Assembly: GCA_040954595.2 (NCBI GenBank)
Contig: CM082588.2
Span: forward strand, 11,793,398 to 11,857,397
Direction: 5' to 3'
Origin: Balanoglossus misakiensis
Taxonomy: Eukaryota; Animalia; Hemichordata
Length of the DNA stretch: 64,000 bases
In this document: one piece after another, positions 37,301 to 49,000 of the stretch
Layout: each line of letters starts with the position of its first letter
How positions within the stretch are numbered: the first letter of the stretch is position 1
Made by a program: the position numbers and the translations under genes
Notes under the pieces: model-generated
What the model was told of the DNA's origin: nothing
Database searches by the model: none
What the model saw: only the letters and a program-made list of their open reading frames with translations

Positions 37301-38805
37301 ATCAACTGAATATTTTGGATATTACCAAGCTTCACAGTTATTTACTAGGTTCCTTCATTTATTATTTATATCACCAGAAATCTCCACATTCACTTTCAGA
37401 TTATTTTAACACAACAAGTCATGAGCATAATACCAGAATTTGGTTACATCACTATCTACGCCCGTTCCATGCCAAAACAAACTCAGGCCAGTTCTCGATA
37501 TCACATACTGGAGCAAAAATCTGGAACGATATTTCTCCACAAATTAAGTCTTCAAATACTTTATGCCAATTTCGTAGGACATTTAAACAACACCTCTTAA
37601 ACCAGTACAAATGAATTTGTAATTTTCTTGATGTAGTATGATGCTGTTTTGTTTGTTTGTTTGTGATTGTTGTTCCTTTCTTTTTTCCATTACCATTTGC
37701 AATGGATAACTTTACACTGTTGTAGTGAGATCGTACTTGAATCACGCTTCAAGCGTTCCCTCAACATTATCTTTTTTTTTCTGTAACCAAGCAAGCTATA
37801 TTGTAGGAGTACAGGCTAGACTAGCTGTGGCTATTTCCTGACTCCATATTTACCCACCATTTGTATTTTTACCTATCATATGTACCCTTTAATTAATGGG
37901 TAAATAAAACATTATTATTATTATTATTATTATTATATAACTGACCTGGTTAGCAGTTGAAGGACCATACCAAAAGCTGTTGTCAGCAAAAGCATCATCA
38001 CCATCTGTCCTCAACATGGCTTGAGCAGTCATTATCACTCCTGTTTCTGTGCCATGATCTGCTCGCAAGATCCTGGGGCAACCTGCAAACAAATTAGGAT
38101 TGACATTGGCAGCTCTTACAGTTAAAATGTTAACCCCCCCCCCAAAAAAAAAAAAAAATTGTACACACTAGATTTAATTTTTAAGAAAGATTTTCATTCC
38201 AAATGCTTTACTGCCTACACGTAGTTTCAATGTTTTTCAACACAGCCTGGATATGTGAAGATCATTACAATGTTGCCACAGGAAATATTGGGTACAAGAC
38301 TAATATGAGCATGCAATGGATAATTGTCATTGATTAGTGGTTGGCTAAATTTATCGCCTTTACCCAGTTCAGAAATGTCAATAAAACAAATTTTGTCAAA
38401 ATGATATGTTTAACAACCTTGAGTGAATGTGTCTATTACCTTTCAGCTTCTCAACTGTGTCTATGAAATAGGAAGCAACTTTGCTTGGATCATTGTTTGA
38501 TGCACCAACTTTCAACCACAACACCCTTCGCGAAAATCTATAGAAAACAAAGTTATTATTAATTTTCAAATTAAAAAAGGAATAAGTAAATTTCATTGCA
38601 TAAACATATTTCCACAGAATTGTTACTAAATGTGCTTCATTAATCTTAGCTTTCATCAATATTGTGATTCTCAAAAAACCAATGGTGTTACAATGGGTCT
38701 CCAGCATTCCTCAGAAAGGTTTGTATAGATGATAAGTTGATAGAACTTACCCATCGATGCAACCATGAATGGCAAATCCATATGGAGATAGTTTATCATA
38801 CCCAT
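31321..38805 (-). CDS. Spliced integrase-core DDE transposase (IS3EU-like), catalytic and C-terminal exons; N-terminal exons outside the window
   Basis: Exons 38751-38805, 38440-38537, 37946-38082, 33060-33125, 32646-32692, 32206-32357 and 31321-31544 join in frame via GT-AG. They read (D)GYDKLSPYGFAIHGCIDGFSRRVLWLKVGASNNDP...GCPRILRADHGTE...YGPSTANQRIERWW...ELDEVVERWNHHRIR...GIPEILY...PTTAFAAKELYLHL..*. The D, D and E residues are identifiable. Confidence 0.88.
33807..34619 (+). pseudogene. LINE ORF1 (coiled coil + RRM-like + FP25K-like C-terminal domain) with one premature TAG
   Basis: ORFs 33807-33998 and 34044-34619 share one frame, separated by TAG at 33996. Motifs: QYNRRENIELHGIPE, HRLG, RPIIVRF, IYVNENLT, YKYAWTRNG. 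Confidence 0.85.
34662..37614 (+). pseudogene. LINE ORF2 (APE + RT) with one frameshift near 36650
   Basis: APE motifs: HINARSL, VSETW, GGGVGAYI, MGDFNID, IDHIY, SDHLP. RT motifs: NYRPIAIL, QYGFR, DFSKAFDTI, then a frame switch to GVPQGSVLGPTLFLIYINDL and LFADDS. Confidence 0.9.
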
Positions 38806-38826
38806 CTAAAAAAAAATCAAAACACA

Positions 38827-39146
38827 ATGTCATACATGCCTAAATGTAGGGATAAACTGTTAATGCCATCTTGAAAATTTGCAGTGCATTATGGGTCAAT
38901 TGAGTTCCGGTTGGGGGGAGTAGCGTCTACAACCTATCCATTTCCAGCGGTTTAGTCAGATTTTCTTCATGTAACTACTACTACTAACGTTACTTGAAGA
39001 AAATCTGACAAAACTGCTGGAAAATTGGATAGGTTGTAGACGCTACTCCCCCCCCCCCAACTGGGACTCAATTGACCGATAATGCACTGCAAATTTTCAA
39101 GATGGCGTTAACACAGTTTATCCCTATATTTAGGCATGTATGACAT
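38827..39146. mobile_element. ~320-bp palindromic (fold-back) MITE next to a transposase splice acceptor
   Basis: atgtcatacatgcctaaat...atttaggcatgtatgacat forms ~150-bp near-perfect inverted arms around a short (cta)n loop near 38985, followed by (AT)n. Confidence 0.8.
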
Positions 39147-39157
39147 ATATATATATA

Positions 39158-40062
39158 TCTGTAATGGAAATGGAGAAAGTACCTTATATTTTCTGTAAAA
39201 TAGACATTTAATTGGCAAGCCGTCCTGCATCAATTATTAATTGTGTACATGCACTAAAGCGCCCTCACTGCTGGGTGTGTTGTATGGTCTTTAACCCTGT
39301 TTCAAATTAGAGTACTTTCTGCAATTTCAAGACAGATCTTACGTGCCATTGGAGAGCTCCATTGACTGGTCATTCATACTGTTTTCATTCATTCATTGCG
39401 GCATCAATATATTTTATCTATTCTAGCCAAAGAGCTTGGCACCTGTTGAAATGAACTCATCTGCTGTGGGCCAGTTTATTGGTGGCAGTTGAGCTGAGGA
39501 GAGCACCTTCCTTCCCGGCACGCCACCAAGTAAAGTTCCACGCCGCCCACCACAGATGCCAGCAGTCATTCATGCGAGTGAGTGTAATTGCAAATTTGCC
39601 TATTCTAGAATTCTGTAATGGAAATGGAGAAAGTACCTTATATTTTCTGTAAAATAGACATTTAATTGGCAAGCCGTCCTGCATCAATTATTAATTGTGT
39701 ACATGCACTAAAGCGCCCTCACTGCTGGGTGTGTTGTATGGTCTTTAACCCTGTTTCAAATTAGAGTACTTTCTGCAATTTCAAGACAGATCTTACGTGC
39801 CATTGGAGAGCTCCATTGACTGGTCATTCATACTGTTTTCATTCATTCATTGCGGCATCAATATATTTTATCTATTCTAGCCAAAGAGCTTGGCACCTGT
39901 TGAAATGAACTCATCTGCTGTGGGCCAGTTTATTGGTGGCAGTTGAGCTGAGGAGAGCACCTTCCTTCCCGGCACGCCACCAAGTAAAGTTCCACACCGC
40001 CCACCACAGATGCCAGCATTCATTCATGCGAGTGAGTGTAATTGCAAATTTGCCTATTCTAG
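39158..40062 (+). repeat. Two head-to-tail copies of a ~451-bp Helitron-like unit (TCTGTAATGG...cctattCTAG), the inverted arm of the large array
   Basis: Begins A|TC right after an (AT)n tract. Units end in CTAG at 39608 and 40062. The segment is the reverse complement of ~40099-41003. Confidence 0.9.
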
Positions 40063-40066
40063 AATT

Positions 40067-43000
40067 CTAGAATAGGCAAATTTGCAATTACACTCACTCT
40101 AGAATAGGCAAATTTGCAATTACACTCACTCGCATGAATGAATGCTGGCATCTGTGGTGGGCGGCGTGGAACTTTACTTGGTGGCGTGCCGGGAAGGAAG
40201 GTGCTCTCCTCAGCTCAACTGCCACCAATAAACTGGCCCACAGCAGATGAGTTCATTTCAACAGGTGCCAAGCTCTTTGGCTAGAATAGATAAAATATAT
40301 TGATGCCGCAATGAATGAATGAAAACAGTATGAATGACCAGTCAATGGAGCTCTCCAATGGCACGTAAGATCTGTCTTGAAATTGCAGAAAGTACTCTAA
40401 TTTGAAACAGGGTTAAAGACCATACAACACACCCAGCAGTGAGGGCGCTTTAGTGCATGTACACAATTAATAATTGATGCAGGACGGCTTGCCAATTAAA
40501 TGTCTATTTTACAGAAAATATAAGGTACTTTCTCCATTTCCATTACACAATTCTAGAATAGGCAAATTTGCAATTACACTCACTCGCATGAATGACTGCT
40601 GGCATCTGTGGTGGGCGGCGTGGAACTTTACTTGGTGGCGTGCCGGGAAGGAAGGTGCTCTCCTCAGCTCAACTGCCACCAATAAACTGGCCCACAGCAG
40701 ATGAGTTCATTTCAACAGGTGCCAAGCTCTTTGGCTAGAATAGATAAAATATATTGATGCCGCAATGAATGAATGAAAACAGTATGAATGACCAGTCAAT
40801 GGAGCTCTCCAATGGCACGTAAGATCTGTCTTGAAATTGCAGAAAGTACTCTAATTTGAAACAGGGTTAAAGACCATACAACACACCCAGCAGTGAGGGC
40901 GCTTTAGTGCATGTACACAATTAATAATTGATGCAGGACGGCTTGCCAATTAAATGTCTATTTTACAGAAAATATAAGGTACTTTCTCCATTTCCATTAC
41001 AGATCTAGAATAGGCAAATTTGCAATTACACTCACTCGCATGAATGAATGCTGGCATCTGTGGTGGGCGGCGTGGAACTTTACTTGGTGGCGTGCCGGGA
41101 AGGAAGGTGCTCTCCTCAGCTCAACTGCCACCAATAAACTGGCCCACAGCAGATGAGTTCATTTCAACAGGTGCCAAGCTCTTTGGCTAGAATAGATAAA
41201 ATATATTGATGCCGCAATGAATGAATGAAAACAGTATGAATGACCAGTCAATGGAGCTCTCCAATGGCACGTAAGATTCTAGAATAGGCAAATTTGCAAT
41301 TACACTCACTCGCATGAATGAATGCTGGCATCTGTGGTGGGCGGCGTGGAACTTTACTTGGTGGCGTGCCGGGAAGGAAGGTGCTCTCCTCAGCTCAACT
41401 GCCGCCAATAAACTGGCCCACAGCAGATGAGTTCATTTCAACAGGTGCCAAGCTCTTTGGCTAGAATAGATAAAATATATTGATGCCGCAATGAATGAAT
41501 GAAAACAGTATGAATGACCAGTCAATGGAGCTCTCCAATGGCACGTAAGATTCTAGAATAGGCAAATTTGCAATTACACTCACTCGCATGAATGAATGCT
41601 GGCATCTGTGGTGGGCGGCGTGGAACTTTACTTGGTGGCGTGCCGGGAAGGAAGGTGCTCTCCTCAGCTCAACTGCCACCAATAAACTGGCCCACAGCAG
41701 ATGAGTTCATTTCAACAGGTGCCAAGCTCTTTGGCTAGAATAGATAAAATATATTGATGCCGCAATGAATGAATGAAAACAGTATGAATGACCAGTCAAT
41801 GGAGCTCTCCAATGGCACGTAAGATCTGTCTTGAAATTGCAGAAAGTACTCTAATTTGAAACAGGGTTAAAGACCATACAACACACCCAGCAGTGAGGGC
41901 GCTTTAGTGCATGTACACAATTAATAATTGATGCAGGACGGCTTGCCAATTAAATGTCTATTTTACAGAAAATATAAGGTACTTTCTCCATTTCCATTAC
42001 AGATCTAGAATAGGCAAATTTGCAATTACACTCACTCGCATGAATGAATGCTGGCATCTGTGGTGGGCGGCGTGGAACTTTACTTGGTGGCGTGCCGGGA
42101 AGGAAGGTGCTCTCCTCAGCTCAACTGCCACCAATAAACTGGCCCACAGCAGATGAGTTCATTTCAACAGGTGCCAAGCTCTTTGGCTAGAATAGATAAA
42201 ATATATTGATGCCGCAATGAATGAATGAAAACAGTATGAATGACCAGTCAATGGAGCTCTCCAATGGCACGTAAGATCTGTCTTGAAATTGCAGAAAGTA
42301 CTCTAATTTGAAACAGGGTTAAAGACCATACAACACACCCAGCAGTGAGGGCGCTTTAGTGCATGTACACAATTAATAATTGATGCAGGACGGCTTGCCA
42401 ATTAAATGTCTATTTTACAGAAAATATAAGGTACTTTCTCCATTTCCATTACAGATCTAGAATAGGCAAATTTGCAATTACACTCACTCGCATGAATGAA
42501 TGCTGGCATCTGTGGTGGGCGGCGTGGAACTTTACTTGGTGGCGTGCCGGGAAGGAAGGTGCTCTCCTCAGCTCAACTGCCACCAATAAACTGGCCCACA
42601 GCAGATGAGTTCATTTCAACAGGTGCCAAGCTCTTTGGCTAGAATAGATAAAATATATTGATGCCGCAATGAATGAATGAAAACAGTATGAATGACCAGT
42701 CAAAGGAGCTCTCCAATGGCACGTAAGAATTTCTAGAATAGGCAAATTTGCAATTACACTCACTCGCATGAATGAATGCTGGCATCTGTGGTGGGCGGCG
42801 TGGAACTTTACTTGGTGGCGTGCCGGGAAGGAAGGTGCTCTCCTCAGCTCAACTGCCACCAATAAACTGGCCCACAGCAGATGAGTTCATTTCAACAGGT
42901 GCCAAGCTCTTTGGCTAGAATAGATAAAATATATTGATGCCGCAATGAATGAATGAAAACAGTATGAATGACCAGTCAATGGAGCTCTCCAATGGCGCGT

Positions 43001-46000
43001 AAGATTCTAGAATAGGCAAATTTGCAATTACACTCACTCGCATGAATGAATGCTGGCATCTGTGGTGGGCGGCGTGGAACTTTACTTGGTGGCGTGCCGG
43101 GAAGGAAGGTGCTCTCCTCAGCTCAACTGCCACCAATAAACTGGCCCACAGCAGATGAGTTCATTTCAACAGGTGCCAAGCTCTTTGGCTAGAATAGATA
43201 AAATATATTGATGCCGCAATGAATGAATGAAAACAGTATGAATGACCAGTCAATGGAGCTCTCCAATGGCACGTAAGAATTCTAGAATAGGCAAATTTGC
43301 AATTACACTCACTCGCATGAATGAATGCTGGCATCTGTGGTGGGCGGCGTGGAACTTTACTTGGTGGCGTGCCGGGAAGGAAGGTGCTCTCCTCAGCTCA
43401 ACTGCCACCAATAAACTGGCCCACAGCAGATGAGTTCATTTCAACAGGTGCCAAGCTCTTTGGCTAGAATAGATAAAATATATTGATGCCGCAATGAATG
43501 AATGAAAACAGTATGAATGACCAGTCAATGGAGCTCTCCAATGGCACGTAAGATTCTAGAATAGGCAAATTTGCAATTACACTCACTCGCATGAATGAAT
43601 GCTGGCATCTGTGGTGGGCGGCGTGGAACTTTACTTGGTGGCGTGCCGGGAAGGAAGGTGCTCTCCTCAGCTCAACTGCCACCAATAAACTGGCCCACAG
43701 CAGATGAGTTCATTTCAACAGGTGCCAAGCTCTTCGGCTAGAATAGATAAAATATATTGATGCCGCAATGAATGAATGAAAACAGTATGAATGACCAGTC
43801 AATGGAGCTCTCCAATGGCACGTAAGATTCTAGAATAGGCAAATTTGCAATTACACTCACTCGCATGAATGAATGCTGGCATCTGTGGTGGGCGGCGTGG
43901 AACTTTACTTGGTGGCGTGCCGGGAAAGAAGGTGCTCTCCTCAGCTCAACTGCCACCAATAAACTGGCCCACAGCAGATGAGTTCATTTCAACAGGTGCC
44001 AAGCTCTTTGGCTAGAATAGATAAAATATATTGATGCCGCAATGAATGAATGAAAACAGTATGAATGACCAGTCAATGGAGCTCTCCAATGGCACGTAAG
44101 ATCTGTCTTGAAATTGCAGAAAGTACTCTAATTTGAAACAGGGTTAAAGACCATACAACACACCCAGCAGTGAGGGCGCTTTAGTGCATGTACACAATTA
44201 ATAATTGATGCAGGACGGCTTGCCAATTAAATGTCTATTTTACAGAAAATATAAGGTACTTTCTCCATTTCCATTACAGATCTAGAATAGGCAAATTTGC
44301 AATTACACTCACTCGCATGAATGAATGCTGGCATCTGTGGTGGGCGGCGTGGAACTTTACTTGGTGGCGTGCCGGGAAGGAAGGTGCTCTCCTCAGCTCA
44401 ACTGCCACCAATAAACTGGCCCACAGCAGATGAGTTCATTTCAACAGGTGCCAAGCTCTTTGGCTAGAATAGATAAAATATATTGATGCCGCAATGAATG
44501 AATGAAAACAGTATGAATGACCAGTCAATGGAGCTCTCCAATGGCACGTAAGAATTCTAGAATAGGCAAATTTGCAATTACACTCACTCGCATGAATGAA
44601 TGCTGGCATCTGTGGTGGGCGGCGTGGAACTTTACTTGGTGGCGTGCCGGGAAGGAAGGTGCTCTCCTCAGCTCAACTGCCACCAATAAACTGGCCCACA
44701 GCAGATGAGTTCATTTCAACAGGTGCCAAGCTCTTTGGCTAGAATAGATAAAATATATTGATGCCGCAATGAATGAATGAAAACAGTATGAATGACCAGT
44801 CAATGGAGCTCTCCAATGGCACGTAAGATTCTAGAATAGGCAAATTTGCAATTACACTCACTCGCATGAATGAATGCTGGCATCTGTGGTGGGCGGCGTG
44901 GAACTTTACTTGGTGGCGTGCCGGGAAGGAAGGTGCTCTCCTCAGCTCAACTGCCACCAATAAACTGGCCCACAGCAGATGAGTTCATTTCAACAGGTGC
45001 CAAGCTCTTTGGCTAGAATAGATAAAATATATTGATGCCGCAATGAATGAATGAAAACAGTATGAATGACCAGTCAAAGGAGCTCTCCAATGGCACGTAA
45101 GAATTTCTAGAATAGGCAAATTTGCAATTACACTCACTCGCATGAATGAATGCTGGCATCTGTGGTGGGCGGCGTGGAACTTTACTTGGTGGCGTGCCGG
45201 GAAGGAAGGTGCTCTCCTCAGCTCAACTGCCACCAATAAACTGACCCACAGCAGATGAGTTCATTTCAACAGGTGCCAAGCTCTTTGGCTAGAATAGATA
45301 AAATATATTGATGCCGCAATGAATGAATGAAAACAGTATGAATGACCAGTCAATGGAGCTCTCCAATGGCGCGTAAGATTCTAGAATAGGCAAATTTGCA
45401 ATTACACTCACTCGCATGAATGAATGCTGGCATCTGTGGTGGGCGGCGTGGAACTTTACTTGGTGGCGTGCCGGGAAGGAAGGTGCTCTCCTCAGCTCAA
45501 CTGCCACCAATAAACTGGCCCACAGCAGATGAGTTCATTTCAACAGGTGCCAAGCTCTTTGGCTAGAATAGATAAAATATATTGATGCCGCAATGAATGA
45601 ATGAAAACAGTATGAATGACCAGTCAATGGAGCTCTCCAATGGCACGTAAGAATTCTAGAATAGGCAAATTTGCAATTACACTCACTCGCATGAATGAAT
45701 GCTGGCATCTGTGGTGGGCGGCGTGGAACTTTACTTGGTGGCGTGCCGGGAAGGAAGGTGCTCTCCTCAGCTCAACTGCCACCAATAAACTGGCCCACAG
45801 CAGATGAGTTCATTTCAACAGGTGCCAAGCTCTTTGGCTAGAATAGATAAAATATATTGATGCCGCAATGAATGAATGAAAACAGTATGAATGACCAGTC
45901 AATGGAGCTCTCCAATGGCACGTAAGATTCTAGAATAGGCAAATTTGCAATTACACTCACTCGCATGAATGAATGCTGGCATCTGTGGTGGGCGGCGTGG

Positions 46001-49000
46001 AACTTTACTTGGTGGCGTGCCGGGAAGGAAGGTGCTCTCCTCAGCTCAACTGCCACCAATAAACTGGCCCACAGCAGATGAGTTCATTTCAACAGGTGCC
46101 AAGCTCTTCGGCTAGAATAGATAAAATATATTGATGCCGCAATGAATGAATGAAAACAGTATGAATGACCAGTCAATGGAGCTCTCCAATGGCACGTAAG
46201 ATTCTAGAATAGGCAAATTTGCAATTACACTCACTCGCATGAATGAATGCTGGCATCTGTGGTGGGCGGCGTGGAACTTTACTTGGTGGCGTGCCGGGAA
46301 AGAAGGTGCTCTCCTCAGCTCAACTGCCACCAATAAACTGGCCCACAGCAGATGAGTTCATTTCAACAGGTGCCAAGCTCTTTGGCTAGAATAGATAAAA
46401 TATATTGATGCCGCAATGAATGAATGAAAACAGTATGAATGACCAGTCAATGGAGCTCTCCAATGGCACGTAAGATCTGTCTTGAAATTGCAGAAAGTAC
46501 TCTAATTTGAAACAGGGTTAAAGACCATACAACACACCCAGCAGTGAGGGCGCTTTAGTGCATGTACACAATTAATAATTGATGCAGGACGGCTTGCCAA
46601 TTAAATGTCTATTTTACAGAAAATATAAGGTACTTTCTCCATTTCCGTTACAGATCTAGAATAGGCAAATTTGCAATTACACTCACTCGCATGAATGAAT
46701 GCTGGCATCTGTGGTGGGCGGCGTGGAACTTTACTTGGTGGCGTGCCGGGAAGGAAGGTGCTCTCCTCAGCTCAACTGCCACCAATAAACTGGCCCACAG
46801 CAGATGAGTTCATTTCAACAGGTGCCAAGCTCTTTGGCTAGAATAGATAAAATATATTGATGCCGCAATGAATGAATGAAAACAGTATGAATGACCAGTC
46901 AATGGAGCTCTCCAATGGCACGTAAGAATTCTAGAATAGGCAAATTTGCAATTACACTCACTCGCATGAATGAATGCTGGCATCTGTGGTGGGCGGCGTG
47001 GAAGTTTACTTGGTGGCGTGCCGGGAAGGAAGGTGCTCTCCTCAGCTCAACTGCCACCAATAAACTGGCCCACAGCAGATGAGTTCATTTCAACAGGTGC
47101 CAAGCTCTTTGGCTAGAATAGATAAAATATATTGATGCCGCAATGAATGAATGAAAACAGTATGAATGACCAGTCAATGGAGCTCTCCAATGGCACGTAA
47201 GATTCTAGAATAGGCAAATTTGCAATTACACTCACTCGCATGAATGAATGCTGGCATCTGTGGTGGGCGGCGTGGAACTTTACTTGGTGGCGTGCCGGGA
47301 AGGAAGGTGCTCTCCTCAGCTCAACTGCCACCAATAAACTGGCCCACAGCAGATGAGTTCATTTCAACAGGTGCCAAGCTCTTCGGCTAGAATAGATAAA
47401 ATATATTGATGCCGCAATGAATGAATGAAAACAGTATGAATGACCAGTCAATGGAGCTCTCCAATGGCACGTAAGATTCTAGAATAGGCAAATTTGCAAT
47501 TACACTCACTCGCATGAATGAATGCTGGCATCTGTGGTGGGCGGCGTGGAACTTTACTTGGTGGCGTGCCGGGAAAGAAGGTGCTCTCCTCAGCTCAACT
47601 GCCACCAATAAACTGGCCCACAGCAGATGAGTTCATTTCAACAGGTGCCAAGCTCTTTGGCTAGAATAGATAAAATATATTGATGCCGCAATGAATGAAT
47701 GAAAACAGTATGAATGACCAGTCAATGGAGCTCTCCAATGGCACGTAAGATCTGTCTTGAAATTGCAGAAAGTACTCTAATTTGAAACAGGGTTAAAGAC
47801 CATACAACACACCCAGCAGTGAGGGCGCTTTAGTGCATGTACACAATTAATAATTGATGCAGGACGGCTTGCCAATTAAATGTCTATTTTACAGAAAATA
47901 TAAGGTACTTTCTCCATTTCCATTACAGATCTAGAATAGGCAAATTTGCAATTACACTCACTCGCATGAATGAATGCTGGCATCTGTGGTGGGCGGCGTG
48001 GAACTTTACTTGGTGGCGTGCCGGGAAGGAAGGTGCTCTCCTCAGCTCAACTGCCACCAATAAACTGGCCCACAGCAGATGAGTTCATTTCAACAGGTGC
48101 CAAGCTCTTTGGCTAGAATAGATAAAATATATTGATGCCGCAATGAATGAATGAAAACAGTATGAATGACCAGTCAATGGAGCTCTCCAATGGCACGTAA
48201 GATTCTAGAATAGGCAAATTTGCAATTACACTCACTCGCATGAATGAATGCTGGCATCTGTGGTGGGCGGCGTGGAACTTTACTTGGTGGCGTGCCGGGA
48301 AGGAAGGTGCTCTCCTCAGCTCAACTGCCGCCAATAAACTGGCCCACAGCAGATGAGTTCATTTCAACAGGTGCCAAGCTCTTTGGCTAGAATAGATAAA
48401 ATATATTGATGCCGCAATGAATGAATGAAAACAGTATGAATGACCAGTCAATGGAGCTCTCCAATGGCACGTAAGATTCTAGAATAGGCAAATTTGCAAT
48501 TACACTCACTCGCATGAATGAATGCTGGCATCTGTGGTGGGCGGCGTGGAACTTTACTTGGTGGCGTGCCGGGAAGGAAGGTGCTCTCCTCAGCTCAACT
48601 GCCACCAATAAACTGGCCCACAGCAGATGAGTTCATTTCAACAGGTGCCAAGCTCTTTGGCTAGAATAGATAAAATATATTGATGCCGCAATGAATGAAT
48701 GAAAACAGTATGAATGACCAGTCAATGGAGCTCTCCAATGGCACGTAAGATCTGTCTTGAAATTGCAGAAAGTACTCTAATTTGAAACAGGGTTAAAGAC
48801 CATACAACACACCCAGCAGTGAGGGCGCTTTAGTGCATGTACACAATTAATAATTGATGCAGGACGGCTTGCCAATTAAATGTCTATTTTACAGAAAATA
48901 TAAGGTACTTTCTCCATTTCCATTACAGATCTAGAATAGGCAAATTTGCAATTACACTCACTCGCATGAATGAATGCTGGCATCTGTGGTGGGCGGCGTG

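Larger units (their letters stand above)
33470..37934 (+). mobile_element. Near full-length CR1-group (Crack/L2/Daphne-like) LINE in a transposase intron, antisense to the transposase
   Basis: It has a 5' UTR, ORF1, an APE-RT ORF2 and a 3' UTR ending in AATAAA followed by an (ATT)n tail at ~37911-37934. No clear TSD; the 5' boundary is approximate. Confidence 0.88.
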
